DNA of 63,148 nucleotides, the filler included, from Reticulomyxa filosa (taxonomy: Eukaryota > Protista > Foraminifera): NCBI GenBank assembly GCA_000512085.1. It is 17 parts of 17 records of this genome, joined end to end, with 100 filler letters (N's around TTAATTAATTAA, not from the genome) between each part and the next. Parts side by side here need not be neighbours in the genome. Positions count along the whole stretch, not along the records: positions 23,919 to 25,447 come from ASPP01027170.1; positions 25,548 to 28,415 come from ASPP01028884.1; positions 28,516 to 34,150 come from ASPP01023934.1; positions 34,251 to 37,575 come from ASPP01019816.1; positions 37,676 to 41,350 come from ASPP01043538.1; 12 more parts are not named here. One strand, 5' to 3'. A program made the translations under genes and the position numbers. Positions 24,966-38,960 of the stretch are shown one piece after another. Every line of letters starts with the position of its first letter. Position 1 is the first letter of the stretch. The notes under the pieces are model-generated. The model was not told the origin of the DNA, did no database searches, and saw only the letters and a program-made list of their open reading frames with translations.

Positions 24966-27302
24966 GACTTCCAGATACGTATAGATAGCAATTGACAACT
25001 CAAGCTCGAAAATTGGCTCAAAAAATGCATGACCCATTGGTGTATTGCTCGTCTGCTAAATCAATAAATATTGCTAAAATTGTTCAGGTTATTGACGTCA
25101 TTAAAGGTGTTCGATATAGCCACCAAAGTTGAAGAGTTCCACAATGAATTAACTGAACAATCCTCAAGTGATATGATTTTTTAAAAAATTATTATAAACG
25201 TAGTTTTTTTTTTTTTTAAGAAACAAAAAGTTTATTTATTATACATATATGTTTATGTATATATTTGTATTTTATGTGAATGGCTGACATAAGAGCGGAG
25301 ACGATGACGACGAAAAAACAAAAGAAAAAGAAAAAAGTGAAAAGTTGGAAAAAACAGAGAGCAGATGATGTGTTGAGAAAAAAAGAAAAAAAAAACAAGA
25401 AATCGAAAAATAATGTTTTTTTTAAAGTGTGGTTCAATTAAAACAACNNNNNNNNNNNNNNNNNNNNNNNNNNNNNNNNNNNNNNNNNNNNTTAATTAAT
25501 TAANNNNNNNNNNNNNNNNNNNNNNNNNNNNNNNNNNNNNNNNNNNNTTTTATCATTGGAAAAATAACTTTTTATTTTGTTACTTAAATACATCTTTTTC
25601 AATTGATTGCTGGACAAGATCTTTAGTCACAGTTTCGATATTTTCGTGATGATTTTCTATTTTTTGTTTTAACTCTTCGGTGTGGAAACTCCAAATAATC
25701 GAACTATCGTTTTGATCTCTTTTACGTATTTTTGATTATTATGTTGATATTTTACATTCTTCCATTACAATTCATATGTCTATTAAAATATAGTTATACA
25801 TCTCCTTTGTTTTACTAATTGGACTTTATAACTTGTATTTTGATAGTACACAAAAAATTTATATCCTTGTTATTGATAGAATTTTCACAATATCTTGTCG
25901 GGCTTGTCATAAACAGCATTGCTAACTGATGTCCACCACTGGTCATTATCTAGCAAAATACAAAATCTACTATAACTACAAAAATAAAATTAATTTCAAA
26001 CTCTTTCGTTCCGTTGTAATTATGTCTTTATTTAAAAACATGTATGTGGAGTTTTTAAGGAAAAAAAAAACACTATGAAAATGCGCTTTGTGGGAGATCT
26101 AACAAAATTGTTAAATCTCTAAGCAAAACCTTTTTTACACACCTTGGGTACCTGTTGTGAATATAAATAAATCAAAAATGTATTTTTTTCATGTGTTTTA
26201 ACTAATATAAAAAAAGAAGAAACAAAGAATAAAACATTCACTCTACCAAATTGTATTTTTAAAACAAAAAGTCTCTGACGCAGATGATTACAAAGAGTAA
26301 AAAAATGTACAAGTTTTTTTTCAACTAGAATTATTAATCTATCCCTTTTATATTTTTGGAATGTTTTATTTATTAATTTTGTAAACAAAAAAAAAAATGA
26401 ATTAAGTTGAAAATTCGCACTTCTTTTTCAAATATTTTTTTGGAGTTTGATTATTGATTCAGCTCTGGAGGTGAATATTATATTTAGTTTTTGGTATATT
26501 TTCCTAGTTTGGAAGTATCAATTCATACACACTATAGAAAGAAATAGCATATGTGAATGTGATAAGATTAAGAATTTGTTTTATTCCGTTTTAAGCTTAA
26601 CTGATTGCATCTTTTAATAAGTTCGACAATTTGAGTATATATCACATTAATTTTGTTTCCTTTGTAATGAATGTATTAGTATTTAATTATTGTTTACAAT
26701 AAACTAGATATGATGTTTCCAATGAAAATTTTTTTCTTTGATATGTACAAGCAAACACAAATAAATTATGAAAGAATTTCAGTCACAAAGTTGTTTTCAC
26801 TTTTAAAGGTAAAAAAAAAGTAATATATTCTAAAGGCTGAAATCATGTGAGAAGTGGATAAAGCATTTATCGTTAAAAAAAAGTAAAAACAGACCTTATT
26901 TGAAAATGTAATTATTATTTCTCACACAAAATAAATTCAAACATATTTGTTATTTAAATAATTTGTTTCCAAGATTATCCCATGTGAAAATGATAACATG
27001 ATCCATTATGGAATTTGCATTACATACTTTCAAACATTGAATTTCACTTATATGTTGTTGGTGAATCATATTTGATAATATCAATTATCTCATTTCTCTC
27101 AATTTATTCTTTTTTTTTAGATATCTTTTATCTCCGCAGCATTTTCAGTGCATTGCACAGGCCTTCGGCTATCTTAAGAAACTTTTCTTGAAGTTGTGTA
27201 AATATGATGACAAAATAAACTTCAAAGCCCTTTTTTTATTTTGAATAAATCGACAGTCCAATAAAAATGAATAAATTAAAAAATCAACATCAAAATAAGC
27301 GT

Positions 27303-27535
27303 TTATCTTTTTACTTCACAAAAATTTGTAATCAAGTCAAAAAATAGCTCATTGGTATGTGATTCAGAGCGTATCACATTTAAATTACCACTAATTGTTT
27401 TATTATTTACCACAAATGATGAATATTCAACAGCCGTAACCCAACCTGTATGTCCATTAAATACGTGAATTTGTTGACCAGATCGAATATTCCACAACTA
27501 TTACATCCTTTGAATACATCGAATTGTTTGCTGTT
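27303..27535 (-). pseudogene. WD40 relic
   Basis: WNIRSGQQIHVFNGHTGWVTAVEYSSFV..SGNLNVIRS; same family as 10326..11589. Confidence 0.8.
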
Positions 27536-27810
27536 ATTTTTAACAGTTTATCATTTGCTATTTGTAAATTAATAAGTTTTTTCTACAATTACTTCGTTTT
27601 AAAAAATGATTGCAAAGAATGCATTTAGAAAAACATACACTTGAGTGATGTACTTTTGAAAGGTAAACACTGATCGGAAAAAAGACGTATCGCTTGAGAA
27701 CTGAAATATAGTTTTTTAAAAACTGGGGTTGCACAGAACTTTTTTGTTTTATAATATACCTACGAACTAAAAAGAATGCCTTTGTTTATCTTGAAAAAGG
27801 AGTTCATAAA

Positions 27811-28415
27811 GTGACAATCAGTTTTCTAAGATTAAAAAAATTGAAAGAAAAAATGATAAAGATTATTAATACAACTAACAATAAAACAAGAAACACTACA
27901 TCTCATTTTAAAATTGTTGACAATAATGGCCAAAATATTACCAGTAACGAACAATTAAGAATTGCATTCAAAGAGAAACCTGTTTTCTTTTTTATTCAAA
28001 GTTTTGTTTCTATTTTCATTCAATTGTTTACTTTAAAAACAAAATAGCAATATCAATCGATTAATAAAATAGATAATGATGAAAAGAAATGTCTAAAAGA
28101 GGAAAAAAAGATGAAGTTTATAATATCATGAAATATAAAATTTGGATATTGAGCTTGATAAAGATCATTCATGGAATAAAGCAAATAAAAAAGCACATGA
28201 GATGGTGAATGAAATGATCAATAATAAACAACAGGATTTTGTTTTGCTACAAATATTGAACAATTGGCAAAACCGAATTATCAATTATCTCAAAAATATC
28301 CCTCTCAATGATGATTAATTCAAATCAATACATGAAAAAGAAATTGATCATTGGATCATATTCTGTTTCTTCATTCCATTCAAAAAAAGTTATATTTGAT
28401 AATATTATAATTGAT
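27811..28415 (+). pseudogene. Degraded fragment of a lineage-expanded family of unknown function
   Basis: FKIVDNNGQNITSNEQLRIAFKEKPVFFFI, then KAHEMVNEMINNKQQG and MINSNQYMKKK..IFDNIIID with stops and frameshifts; resembles, from memory, the N-terminus of expanded Reticulomyxa families. Confidence 0.4.
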
Positions 28416-28562
28416 NNNNNNNNNNNNNNNNNNNNNNNNNNNNNNNNNNNNNNNNNNNNTTAATTAATTAANNNNNNNNNNNNNNNNNNNNNNNNNNNNN
28501 NNNNNNNNNNNNNNNATTTAATTTTATTACAACAACAAACAAAAAAAAAAAAAAGTGACAGA

Positions 28563-30185
28563 TTGTCGAATACGCACTTGCAGACAGACAAGACGACAAT
28601 GGTCGATAAACAATTGTCAAGCAGTTGCAATACGTCGAATGCGGTGACACTACCCGGCAACAAAGAGGGGAATGTACTCTTACAAAATCTGCACGTGGAC
28701 GACATTGCGAATCGTCCTGCGGACAACCTCGACAAACAGAACGTGCCAACAGTGTCTTTGTCCGCGGGCCATTCCAATGACAGCAGTCAAGAGAGCAAAG
28801 TCTCCACCGATCCGTCCACACAAAGTGATGATATGGAAATCACTACGGATTTGCTTCGCATTTTGCTCAAGGCAGCGCCTTATTATCCACTTTCTGTATG
28901 CGTATGTATTAATGTATTTTTTTTTTTAAGATAAAAAACTCTGTCCCCCTCCCCTCTCTTTCCATTAAAAATGAAAAAAAATAAAAAAACGATTTTGGGA
29001 TTGAAGGAAGAGCCCAAAAAAGTGAAAAAGATTGATTCCAGCACTACCTCGACAAGCAAGAACAAAGAGAGGGTACCATCTCCTGTCCAACGTGAGCCAT
29101 CGCCTTTGCCCCAAACCGAGATAAAACTCATTGCAGAAGAGTCACTGGCAACAAGGCCGTTGCAAACGCGTCCGTCGCAGTCTGCAAATGCCTTGCCTTT
29201 GCCCCACTTCACTGACCGATGGAAAGATGTCGAGCCGATGGGTAGCTGGGGAGAAATGAAGATGCAAACAGATACGAACACTGATGTGGATATGAATATT
29301 AACATGGACATGAGAATGAGAACAGCAATGGGAATACAACAACAACAACAACAGCCATTGCAATCGACATTTGTTGTAAGCTCAGCAACAGCTACTTCGA
29401 ATCACATGCCAGTGCATGGTTCCTTTGGACATATCACACAATCACAATCACAATCGCAGACACAGATGTCGTCCTTACCATTTCGTATCAATCCGTGTTT
29501 CTTCGGCCCTGCACAAGCGCAAGCACAAGCACAAGCACAGATGACGTTGAATACACAACAAGGCGGTTACATAAGTGCCTCTAATGGTGCGTTTGTGAAT
29601 GGCTGTAATCGTGATAATGCTGGCGATAGCAGTGATAGTATGCCATCCAATGCACTTGCTAACCACATTATCCATTCGTCCATGCCAAGTCTAACCAATT
29701 CGAACGGGTTGTGGGAAGACTTTTACTTGGGTTGCAATTTCTCCTCTCCCAAAACACCTTCCACTCCTGTCTCTCTTTTCAATGGAGGTTTGTTTCATTC
29801 AAACAAAACATGTCTTTACTTTTTTTATTATTATTATTATTAAAAAAATAATAATAATAATAATAATAATGTATGCATTATTTATACATGGTTTTTTTTT
29901 AAAATAAATAAATAAATAAAAATGTTAGACTGTCAATCGGTGAATCCAATGTCTTTTGTAATGACCCCGTTGATACCATCAATTCCGTTGGATGACATGT
30001 TCAAATCCAATGGTAGCAGTTGCGCAAGCGCTTTGAATAGTGTCCAAAGTGACTCCAATAGCGCAAGTGCCACCATGCTTCCTGCACCTTCGTTGCCAAG
30101 CTTTATCCCTTCTCCGATTCAAGATAGCCTTCCTTGTGTCAATCAACAACTCACTGACAACCACTCCGATCCGCGGACCATCTAG
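28563..30185 (+). CDS. Low-complexity S/Q/P-rich protein (5' partial, spliced)
   Basis: Three co-oriented ORFs with coding-like GC separated by AT-rich intron-like gaps; no recognisable domain. Confidence 0.55.
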
Positions 30186-30830
30186 AACACCACTCCGTTG
30201 TGGTTCGTGTTTTTTCGCTTAGCCATTGATAAGTACAAAGCAGATATTTGCTTGCCTTTCTCTTTTCTTTTTTTTTTTTCCCCATTTTATTTTTGTCCTT
30301 ATTTTTGTTTTGTTTTGTTTTTCTTTTTTATTGTTTTTCTTTTATTATTATTTTCTTGTTATTTTATTTTCCGCGATGTGCATACACGAGCGCAAGATAT
30401 GCCATGGTGGTTGAACGTCTGTACTGACAAGAGAATGTAACAGAATTATCTTTTTTTTTTTTTCGTGTTGTATGTTTTTTTCTTCTCAATCTTTTGCGTC
30501 GTCATAGTTGTTGATAATATTTTATGTGGCTTCCTTAAAACCATAAAAAAAAATAAAGTACTGTTCCAAGTTGTCATGTGATCAATGTTTTAGTAAAAAT
30601 TTGAGTAAATATTTGTCCATCTATGCACAAGACGAAATTCGGTTTACAAATTTTATTAGAATTGTACGAAATAAAGTTAGTTATTTCATATTTACATCAG
30701 TTTCTTTCCCAAAATAGTTTTGGCTTGTGTTATTGGATTTTAAGAATTATTTATTCTTTATTTTACTGTACTTGAGTGGGAAAGGTTTTATTGTTTGCTT
30801 AAAAAAAAATTCACTTCAAAGTTTAAATAA

Positions 30831-31622
30831 ATGTCCCAAGCTGAAACACATGAACCAGGAAAATCCGGTCAAACTTATGTCAAGTGGAAACTAAATGCTC
30901 AAAAAATATTTAACACTCATTGGGACATTTATGTGTGTGAAGTTCCAAAATCAATGCAACGAGAGCTCTTCAATGGTTAATAAATAAATAGATACAGTTG
31001 TAAAAGATACACAAATAAAAAAAAATTGCAAATTGTGTGCAATGGGACAGTGTTTCCAAATGTTAAATATTTCAAGCAATTGAAGACAAATAATTTCAAA
31101 CCTTTTCCTGACCACAAATTTCCGCTATTGGCAGTTGTAGTTATGCAAAAGACGGAAAATGATATGGTGGAAAATTCGAACATAATAAACGGGGAAAGAG
31201 ATAAATGTTTAAAAAATTTTGTTGATTTTGGAGCTTTTATGACTAAAAAACTGATTTCACAAAACAAACCGAGTCCATCAGATCAAAATGTATCAGCAAA
31301 CGCATGTTCAGATAATAATAAACAACTCACAAATGATACGGATGATTATACATTTGTAGATGTCATTGACCCAATGTCTGGACAATGTTTAAATGGCACC
31401 CCTGGACCGTCCATTTATGACGAAGTTGAAGGTGGACAACGATTATTGAAATTTAAAGTTACCAAAATTCGATGTTGTGGGGTTCTCAACCATCCTGATT
31501 GGGGTTCACACATGTATCCAGCCACTATCTTTACCAATGCCTGTGTTGACGTTGTCAAAGCCCATATTTTACAATTTCTTGACTCTTTTCAAACTTCTGA
31601 TTCCATTAAAAGCTCGGCTTAA
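30831..31622 (+). CDS. MMADHC: Cobalamin trafficking protein CblD (MMADHC-like)
   Basis: ATG 30831, intron 30976..31050; motifs MQKTENDMV, ERDKCL..F, DVIDPMSG, YDEV, CCGVLNHPDWGSHMYPATIFTNA. Confidence 0.88.
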
Positions 31623-31893
31623 TTAAGTATTGTAAAACATTTTAAAAAACATAAGTTTTACTTGCTGAAAGCTGATTTAAAAAGTTTTTGGATTTTTATT
31701 TTTTTGTTCTATGTTAGCTCAGATCAATTGGTTCAGTAATAAAAAGCATTCATCACTGACTGAAAACGTATTGATGCATTTTGCTGTCATATTCTAATTG
31801 ATTCATAAATTTTTTTAAAATGTGATCACAATAATTTTTTTTTTGAGTGTTGATTGAATGCAGAGTATTTTTTATGTTTTTTTGAGTACTACA

Positions 31894-34150
31894 ATGTCAA
31901 CCCATCATGCTACTGAAGAGGCAATATCTGAACGACCATTGCTTTCTAAATTCGCCTGTATTGAAAGTAATGACGTAACGAGGATAGGTTTCCCTTCTCG
32001 AATTCGTGCGACGGTCTTGATGATGTTGTTTATGGTTGATATGGCGACCGACTTGATTGTGATTTACTATTTGAATCATTTTTCTTATGGTAAATGGTTT
32101 TCTGTGGGGTTGGCAATTACAATAATTTCGCTTGTGTTTCAATTTTTATATTGCGAGTGGGGGTGTAATTCAATGTTGCACATCTTTCTGCGTTTCCAAT
32201 ATCTTAGTATAAGCAATGTCAATACGTATATGCAAGTGATGCACTATCCACACCACTACCGCTTCAACACCAAATATTTGTCGAAAGAGAACTTACAATC
32301 CCACCAAAAGTCTCCATTGCATCCCAATCCAGGTGATTGCAGCTACAGTGACAATGTGAGTAAAATCACACACTCGAACATGAACCAATTACTTTCCAAA
32401 AGTTAATCCAAAAAAAAAAATAAAATAAAGTAATGAGCCAACAAAAAAAAAAATTTGAATATATGCAAATGTATATGTACAAAGATAGATACAACAATAG
32501 ATAACACTCGATAAAAAAAAAAAAAAGAATTAGAATGTAAAGTGGACGACGACGGGGTGTTGATAAATAATGGGATTGAATTGAGCAATTGCCAAGAACG
32601 AGCAAAACTGCTATGTTCGATCGGATTGAAGTCAATGTTTTATTTATGCCACTTTGGCATCTTCGAGCAATACGTGAGAAATATGTATTACTTCCACCAT
32701 GGTATCACAAGTGCCTTTTTGGACTTGTGCAACTTGCATTGCTACTTTCACTCGTTTTTTATGTTCCTGTTGCAATTGGCATTTTTATTTCACCACATGT
32801 TTTGTGCCAAAAGGGGCGAGAGAGGGGTGGGAGGGGGGCAATTAATGAACTTTTTACAACGTAACGTTCACTAATACATATAAAGGTTATTTAATGACGA
32901 TTTGCAAAGAAAAGTGGCATCAAGCAACACGTCGTATAATGCATTGCTAGCATTGGTATGGATATCCGTGCTAACATCGTTTTTGAATATCGTCTACACA
33001 AGCGTGACGCACGAGACGTATCGCTACTTGCCCAATTATTGCGACGACAAAATGGAATCGAAGAGGGGTGCATCAAGCAAGTCAAACCGTAAAAACGGGA
33101 ATAACAACAATAGTAATAATAAGAATAAGAACAATAAAAAAAAAAGTGCAAATAAGAATAACAATGAAAATGGGATATCGTGGCAACTATTTAATGGATG
33201 GACGTATATGTTTGGTTCGGACATGCTGTTACGTGTGGTCCCTTACGTGTTGTGGTCAGTATACGTAAGCAAAATTGTGAATGGACACGACGAAAGTTTG
33301 CATTGGCTTTGGAGACAAAGTAGCGTGTTTCTAATTGGTTTCGTGTTTGGTGTGATGAGCACATGTATGGACCTATGTTGTCATGTATACCTTTGGTTCT
33401 ATCACCAGTACTTGCCACGTAGTCCTTGGAACTACACGATGAAGACTTATGTCTGGTCGCAAATCGTGCACCCGTTGCAAGTAATTTTCGACATGGAACC
33501 AGCATTTGCATGGCTGTTGCGCAATGTGTTGTTTTATTGGAGTGCCTTGGGCTTGGCCAATGTCTCCATTCTCGCTTACGTGTGGAACAGACCTGTACTC
33601 GCTGGCGTGCACACCGATGGCTTCGCTTGGAAATGGCTGCTGCGCTTGCAATGCATCCTTCGTTACATCCTAGGCTTCTTCCTCGTCTTGACCGTCGTGC
33701 TGCATCACACATCGCGCTCTTCGCTTCACACCTTTGCCGTCGCTTGGCTCGTCATTCATGTCTTCCTCGCCATTGCCACCGTTTATTACCTCTTTCCGTT
33801 CTCTGATTCCTTCATCTTTCGTTGCGTTTTTACTTACCTTTTTTTTTTTTTTTTGTTAAAAAAATAAATAACTTATATATATATATATATATATATGTGT
33901 ATATTAAAAAAAAAAAAGGGTTTCGATATGGATGGATGAAAGCAGTGCAAAAATACCATTGGCAATTGGACGAAGAAGGAATATGGGTTCGGAATAATCG
34001 GTCGTGGACGGATAAGGAGATGCATTATCCCTCCAATAGAGGACGTGATGACATTGGAATGTTGGTGCAATCGTCTGTGCATGACAACCAAGTCCATTTT
34101 AATCACAGCCATAATAACAACAATAATGACAATAATAATAATAATAATAA
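31894..34150 (+). CDS. Multi-pass membrane protein, XK-related-like (3' partial, spliced)
   Basis: First TM pair VDMATDLIVIYYL..GKWFSVGL and later DMLLRV resemble XK-family patterns; several hydrophobic exons. Confidence 0.5.
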
Positions 34151-34919
34151 NNNNNNNNNNNNNNNNNNNNNNNNNNNNNNNNNNNNNNNNNNNNTTAATT
34201 AATTAANNNNNNNNNNNNNNNNNNNNNNNNNNNNNNNNNNNNNNNNNNNNAGTGGTATATTGTATAACATAACAGACGAAAGCGTTGGATGGGATACTAG
34301 AACACAGTCTAGTTGAGACAACATGAAGATATGAAGAATGTTTTCTATAAGCTAATGTTTTTTTAAAAAGGAAACTGTTTCCACAATTTGAAAAAAAATT
34401 AAATGTAAAACAGTACTAAGACATTTTTGTTTCTTTATTTGATATGATTTTTATAATAACTTTCGTATGTTCTTCGAACTGGTTTTGGAGTTTTTTTTAT
34501 GATAGCTACAATATTATATAATTCAATATGATTAATTTGAAACTTGTTGTTGTATTAATCATATTTAATTGATAATATTGTATTATAACAAAACAACAAC
34601 ATTTGATAATTTGCAAATTTCTGATATTGATACAAAGCAATGATGACATGTCTTTTTTTTCTTCATTTGAGTTTTATTTTTACATATAAACGCAAAAAAT
34701 GATAAAAATTTACATGTAAGAAAAATCTTCATATTGCTTTGTTCTTTAGTTTTGTATCAGCAAAATTAAAAAGAATTAAAATTGATTAATGACAATATTA
34801 TACACTTTTTCCATTGGCCCATGATATCACACAGGCCTCATTTTTGGTGTTTTCCCATTCCACCATACTTTTTTTCTTAGTTCAAAAGTAACCCATCCGA
34901 ACTTCTTTGTATTATCAAT

Positions 34920-36459
34920 TTATTCGACCACATAAGAAACTCGCAAATTTTGCTGCTTTTTTTTCAATTTGGTAACAGCAATCTTTTTAAAGCGGCCCAC
35001 ATTGTCAACATGAGTGCCTCCGCACATGCACATGTTCCCACCTTTTTCTTGCCACAATTGAGATAATTTTTTTTCATTTTCTTGACAGTGCCAACCAATG
35101 ACACGCACTTGTGCAGCTTCTCCACCAAGTTTTTGTATCGTTTCTTGCCATTTTTGTGGATCTTTCTGTTCATCAAGTTGTAACACTTGTTGTGTGTAAT
35201 CCCTTGCATTAAATTAATGATATCAGCAGCTAATGTTTTTTGTTGAATCCATTCGGCTAGTGTATCATTAATCTGCTTTACAAACTTTACTTTTTGATCG
35301 ACATCTGGAATGTCACCAATGTATTCCACATAGGCTCCGTTTTCAAAATGATAACCTTTCGAAGGAATCAAATTCAGATCACGACAGAAAGTATTTACCA
35401 CACAATCAATTAGATGTCCAGCACTGTGTAATTTCGCAAATCGTTCTCTTTTCAAAGAATCAATTTCCAAGAGAACAGGTACATCCTTTTCTAAACTTGC
35501 TTCGGTCACCGCACATGTGGGAGAAAAGTATCCATAGTGGCGAATGATATGATCACTGCCCTCCATTACTTTTGTGACCACAAATACAGTTTCATTTTCT
35601 TTGGAGCCTTGTGTGATTGTGATAGTGCCTTTATCACTGGGCTGCCCCCCTCCTTGAGGATGAAAGATAGTTTCATCTACCACCAAATATTCGCCTTCTT
35701 CGACTCCATGTTCTTTTCCATAATACACTAGTTTTCCATTGTGATTAAACTAAATGGTTCCAAACAAAAATGTAAAAAAAAAAAATAAATAATAATATTT
35801 TTTTTACTACTACAAAGTTTGGTGTTGATTTGATTAACCTTATAAGTGTCATCAAAGTAAATTTTTTTAGTTTGAGGAAGTCCACTTGGCAATTCTTTTT
35901 CATTAAATGACAAAAGGGTATCCATTTTTTGATCGATGTGTTTATCTTCTGTTGCTGATATTATTGGTACTACTTTTGTTGATGCCGTTGGTGGACGGAG
36001 CATTGGCGCTGGATCGATTCCACCGATGCAATACTCATTCCCAAGCACATCCAAACAATAATATTCGATAACATTGTCTATACTGTTTTCTATTGTCCCT
36101 TGTAAAACAAAGATATCCGTGATCTGCTTGTTGTCTGCATTGCTTCCCACTATTTCACGCCTAGGCTCCATTCGAACAAATTTCAGTGTCATATTTTCGT
36201 TTGATATTGGATGAACTACTTCACGGACAAATTCCACACAATTTTTTTCTTTATTCTCCTGCTTTACATAAATACCATTAATAAACATTGTGCCTGCACC
36301 AGCTATTTCAATTTTGTCTGGCAAGTGTTGCAATTTTGCTTCGTCATCAGCATTTTTATTTTTTTTGAGCTGACTTCTTCTCATCCAAGCTCGACAGACC
36401 ACATTCGAAGAATAACTTTCACTCTTTGAAGATTTTCTTGAAAAATATCGATTTTTCAT
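34920..36459 (-). CDS. AlaX-type alanyl-tRNA editing protein with N-terminal extension
   Basis: TKKIYFDDTYK, intron 35750..35838, DETIFHPQGGGQPSDKG, LHSAGHLID (HxxxH), CGGTH (CxxxH), LRVSY. One frameshift is repaired by adding 1 nt to the run at 35211..35213. Confidence 0.9.
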
Positions 36460-38960
36460 ATTTATTTAGTTCCCTTTCTTTGTCGTAGAATTTTCTTGAA
36501 CTAACTAAGTGAGATAGATTATTACTCAAATAAAAAGTAATGAACTTATTACAGAGTCTAAAATGCTCTCTTTTTGCTTCTATTTTAAAGTAAAATAGCC
36601 AATAAATTTTTTGTTCCACATCAGATCAATTTTGGAGAGTTAATTTATTGCATAAATTAGCAACTGAATTGTTGGTTTAGTTCTTGCCTTGAATTTGATT
36701 ATGTGTGAATTTCATTGACAAATTTTGACACTAGTTCTTATTTTATTCATCTGTTTTCTTGCATCGGTCGTATATCATTAATTTTGTTTATTCCTCATCA
36801 ATTTTTAATTCAACATATTTTTTTCACACGTATGCAAAGTCGGTTTGCTTTGTCTTAATGAAAGTATATCATTTTTTGTTTTAAGTTTTTGATTGTCCTT
36901 GGCCAACAACAAAAAAAAAAAGATCATTAATGTAGTATTCAGTCTCAAGTAGGAAAATGTTGATTGTTCTTTTTTTTGTGTAATATATGTTGATATGTGG
37001 CAGATTATTTCACGGACATGATCACATCAACATATACATTATCACATACATATTTTTCGTTTTTATATACGATACGTATATCAGCCTATTTGAAAACAAT
37101 GACAAAAAAAACTAATTTAAAAAAAAAGATATACGTACAAAAAGTATAATAGTTAACCAATAAAAAGATACTTACTTATATTGTCGAAAACTACATCTAT
37201 CGAACTCGTACTTAATCGCATTAACTCGCAAATTCGACAATGTCATTTTCAGTCACTTTAGAACGAGAATGTAAACAAACTAACACGTTTCCGGCAGCTT
37301 ATTGCTTGATTGATCAATTTTGTTTATTACTACAATCACTCAAGATACGTTTAGAGTAAATGCAAATATTGATTCTAAAAACAAAACTAAAAAATATTTA
37401 CACATACACACATTTTAGGATAAATGAATAAATAAATTTTTTTACAAAATAGATCAATTGTCAAATTTCAACTTCAAGAATATCAATTTTTCGATAAACA
37501 TGATTTAACGTCCAGCATAAATATAACATGTTAAACTGCCTCTAGAGTAAGTCATTTAAAGTCTTGTCATCATTTNNNNNNNNNNNNNNNNNNNNNNNNN
37601 NNNNNNNNNNNNNNNNNNNTTAATTAATTAANNNNNNNNNNNNNNNNNNNNNNNNNNNNNNNNNNNNNNNNNNNNAAAAGCACGATTGTAATGTCCAAGA
37701 GAATTTTTTCTAAAAAGGGAAACTTTTTCCATTCAATAGAAAAATCATTACTTAAAGAAAAATAATGATTTATTCAAAAAAAAACAATTTTAATTTTCAA
37801 TTTTCTGTAATTAACCCTTTTTTTGGAATCACAATTGTATAAATACAATACAAAAATTTTAATCATTTTTTTTAATTTTTTTTTGTCAAAATATTTTAAA
37901 AAATTTGTAAATTTTCATCTTTTTTTGTAAGTATTTTAAGTTATGAATTTACGTTTTAGTGAAAAAAAGGTCTTTTTTTTTTTGTCGTCTCTGTATCTCT
38001 AACACTCTCGTACCAGCTCGTAATTAGGGTGATTGCACCCACTTTCACTGGTATCTCTTTTTTGTTTTTGTTTTTTTATATTTTTCAACAAAGTGGTTTG
38101 CTTTTAAACAGCCTTCCACTTTTTTTAAAAAAATGGCGTTTTTTTTCGGATGCCGTGCATCCTTCAACAAAAGAAAAAGAAAATGGGGTAAGGCCCCCCG
38201 TCTCCACAAGGAGAAAATAAGGTTTGTTATATCTTTTTTTTTTTTATTTTATTTTTTTTGATATAATTAATTTATGTGTTTTGCAACAACAGCTGCAGCA
38301 CTCTCTTCAAAAAAAAAAAGTATACGTACCATCTCTATAAAGAAAAACTTCGGGGTCGAAGCCAACCCCGTGCGCAAATAAAAATTAAAAGGTTTATTTT
38401 TTTTTTATTTTTTATTTTTAATAAAAAGTATACGTTTGTTTGTTAATAGGCATGCCCCCCCCATCAACAAAAAATAAATGGTTGTTCTCCCCCTCCCCGT
38501 TCAAAAGAAAAAAAAATTATAGAAAAATTCGAATTGGAGCTTTTAGCTCCTAAGTCAAGTTTTGTTTGTTTTTTTCTTTAAAAAATGAAAAATTCTTTAT
38601 TTTGTTGATATGTTTTTAGCAGTCAAGATCAAGCGATTGGAAGTTTTTTTTGTTTTTATTTTTTATTTTTTATTTGACTGAGAGGGATGGGAAAATTGGG
38701 TGAAAATAAAAAATTTGGGAAAAAACTATGGAAAATATGGGGGGGTGGAAAAATGAAGATAAAAGTGGGGGAAAAAATGATATGGGAAAAATGAAGATAA
38801 AGGGGGAAAAAATTAGATTGTAAAAAAGGGGGAAAATGGAGGGGAAAGGGGGGAAAAAGTTGTAAAAAAATTTTATTTAAGAAAAGAAAAAATTAAAAAA
38901 TGACATAAAATATTAAAAAAGAATTTGAAAATTAAAAATGAAAAAAAATGTTGCACATAC

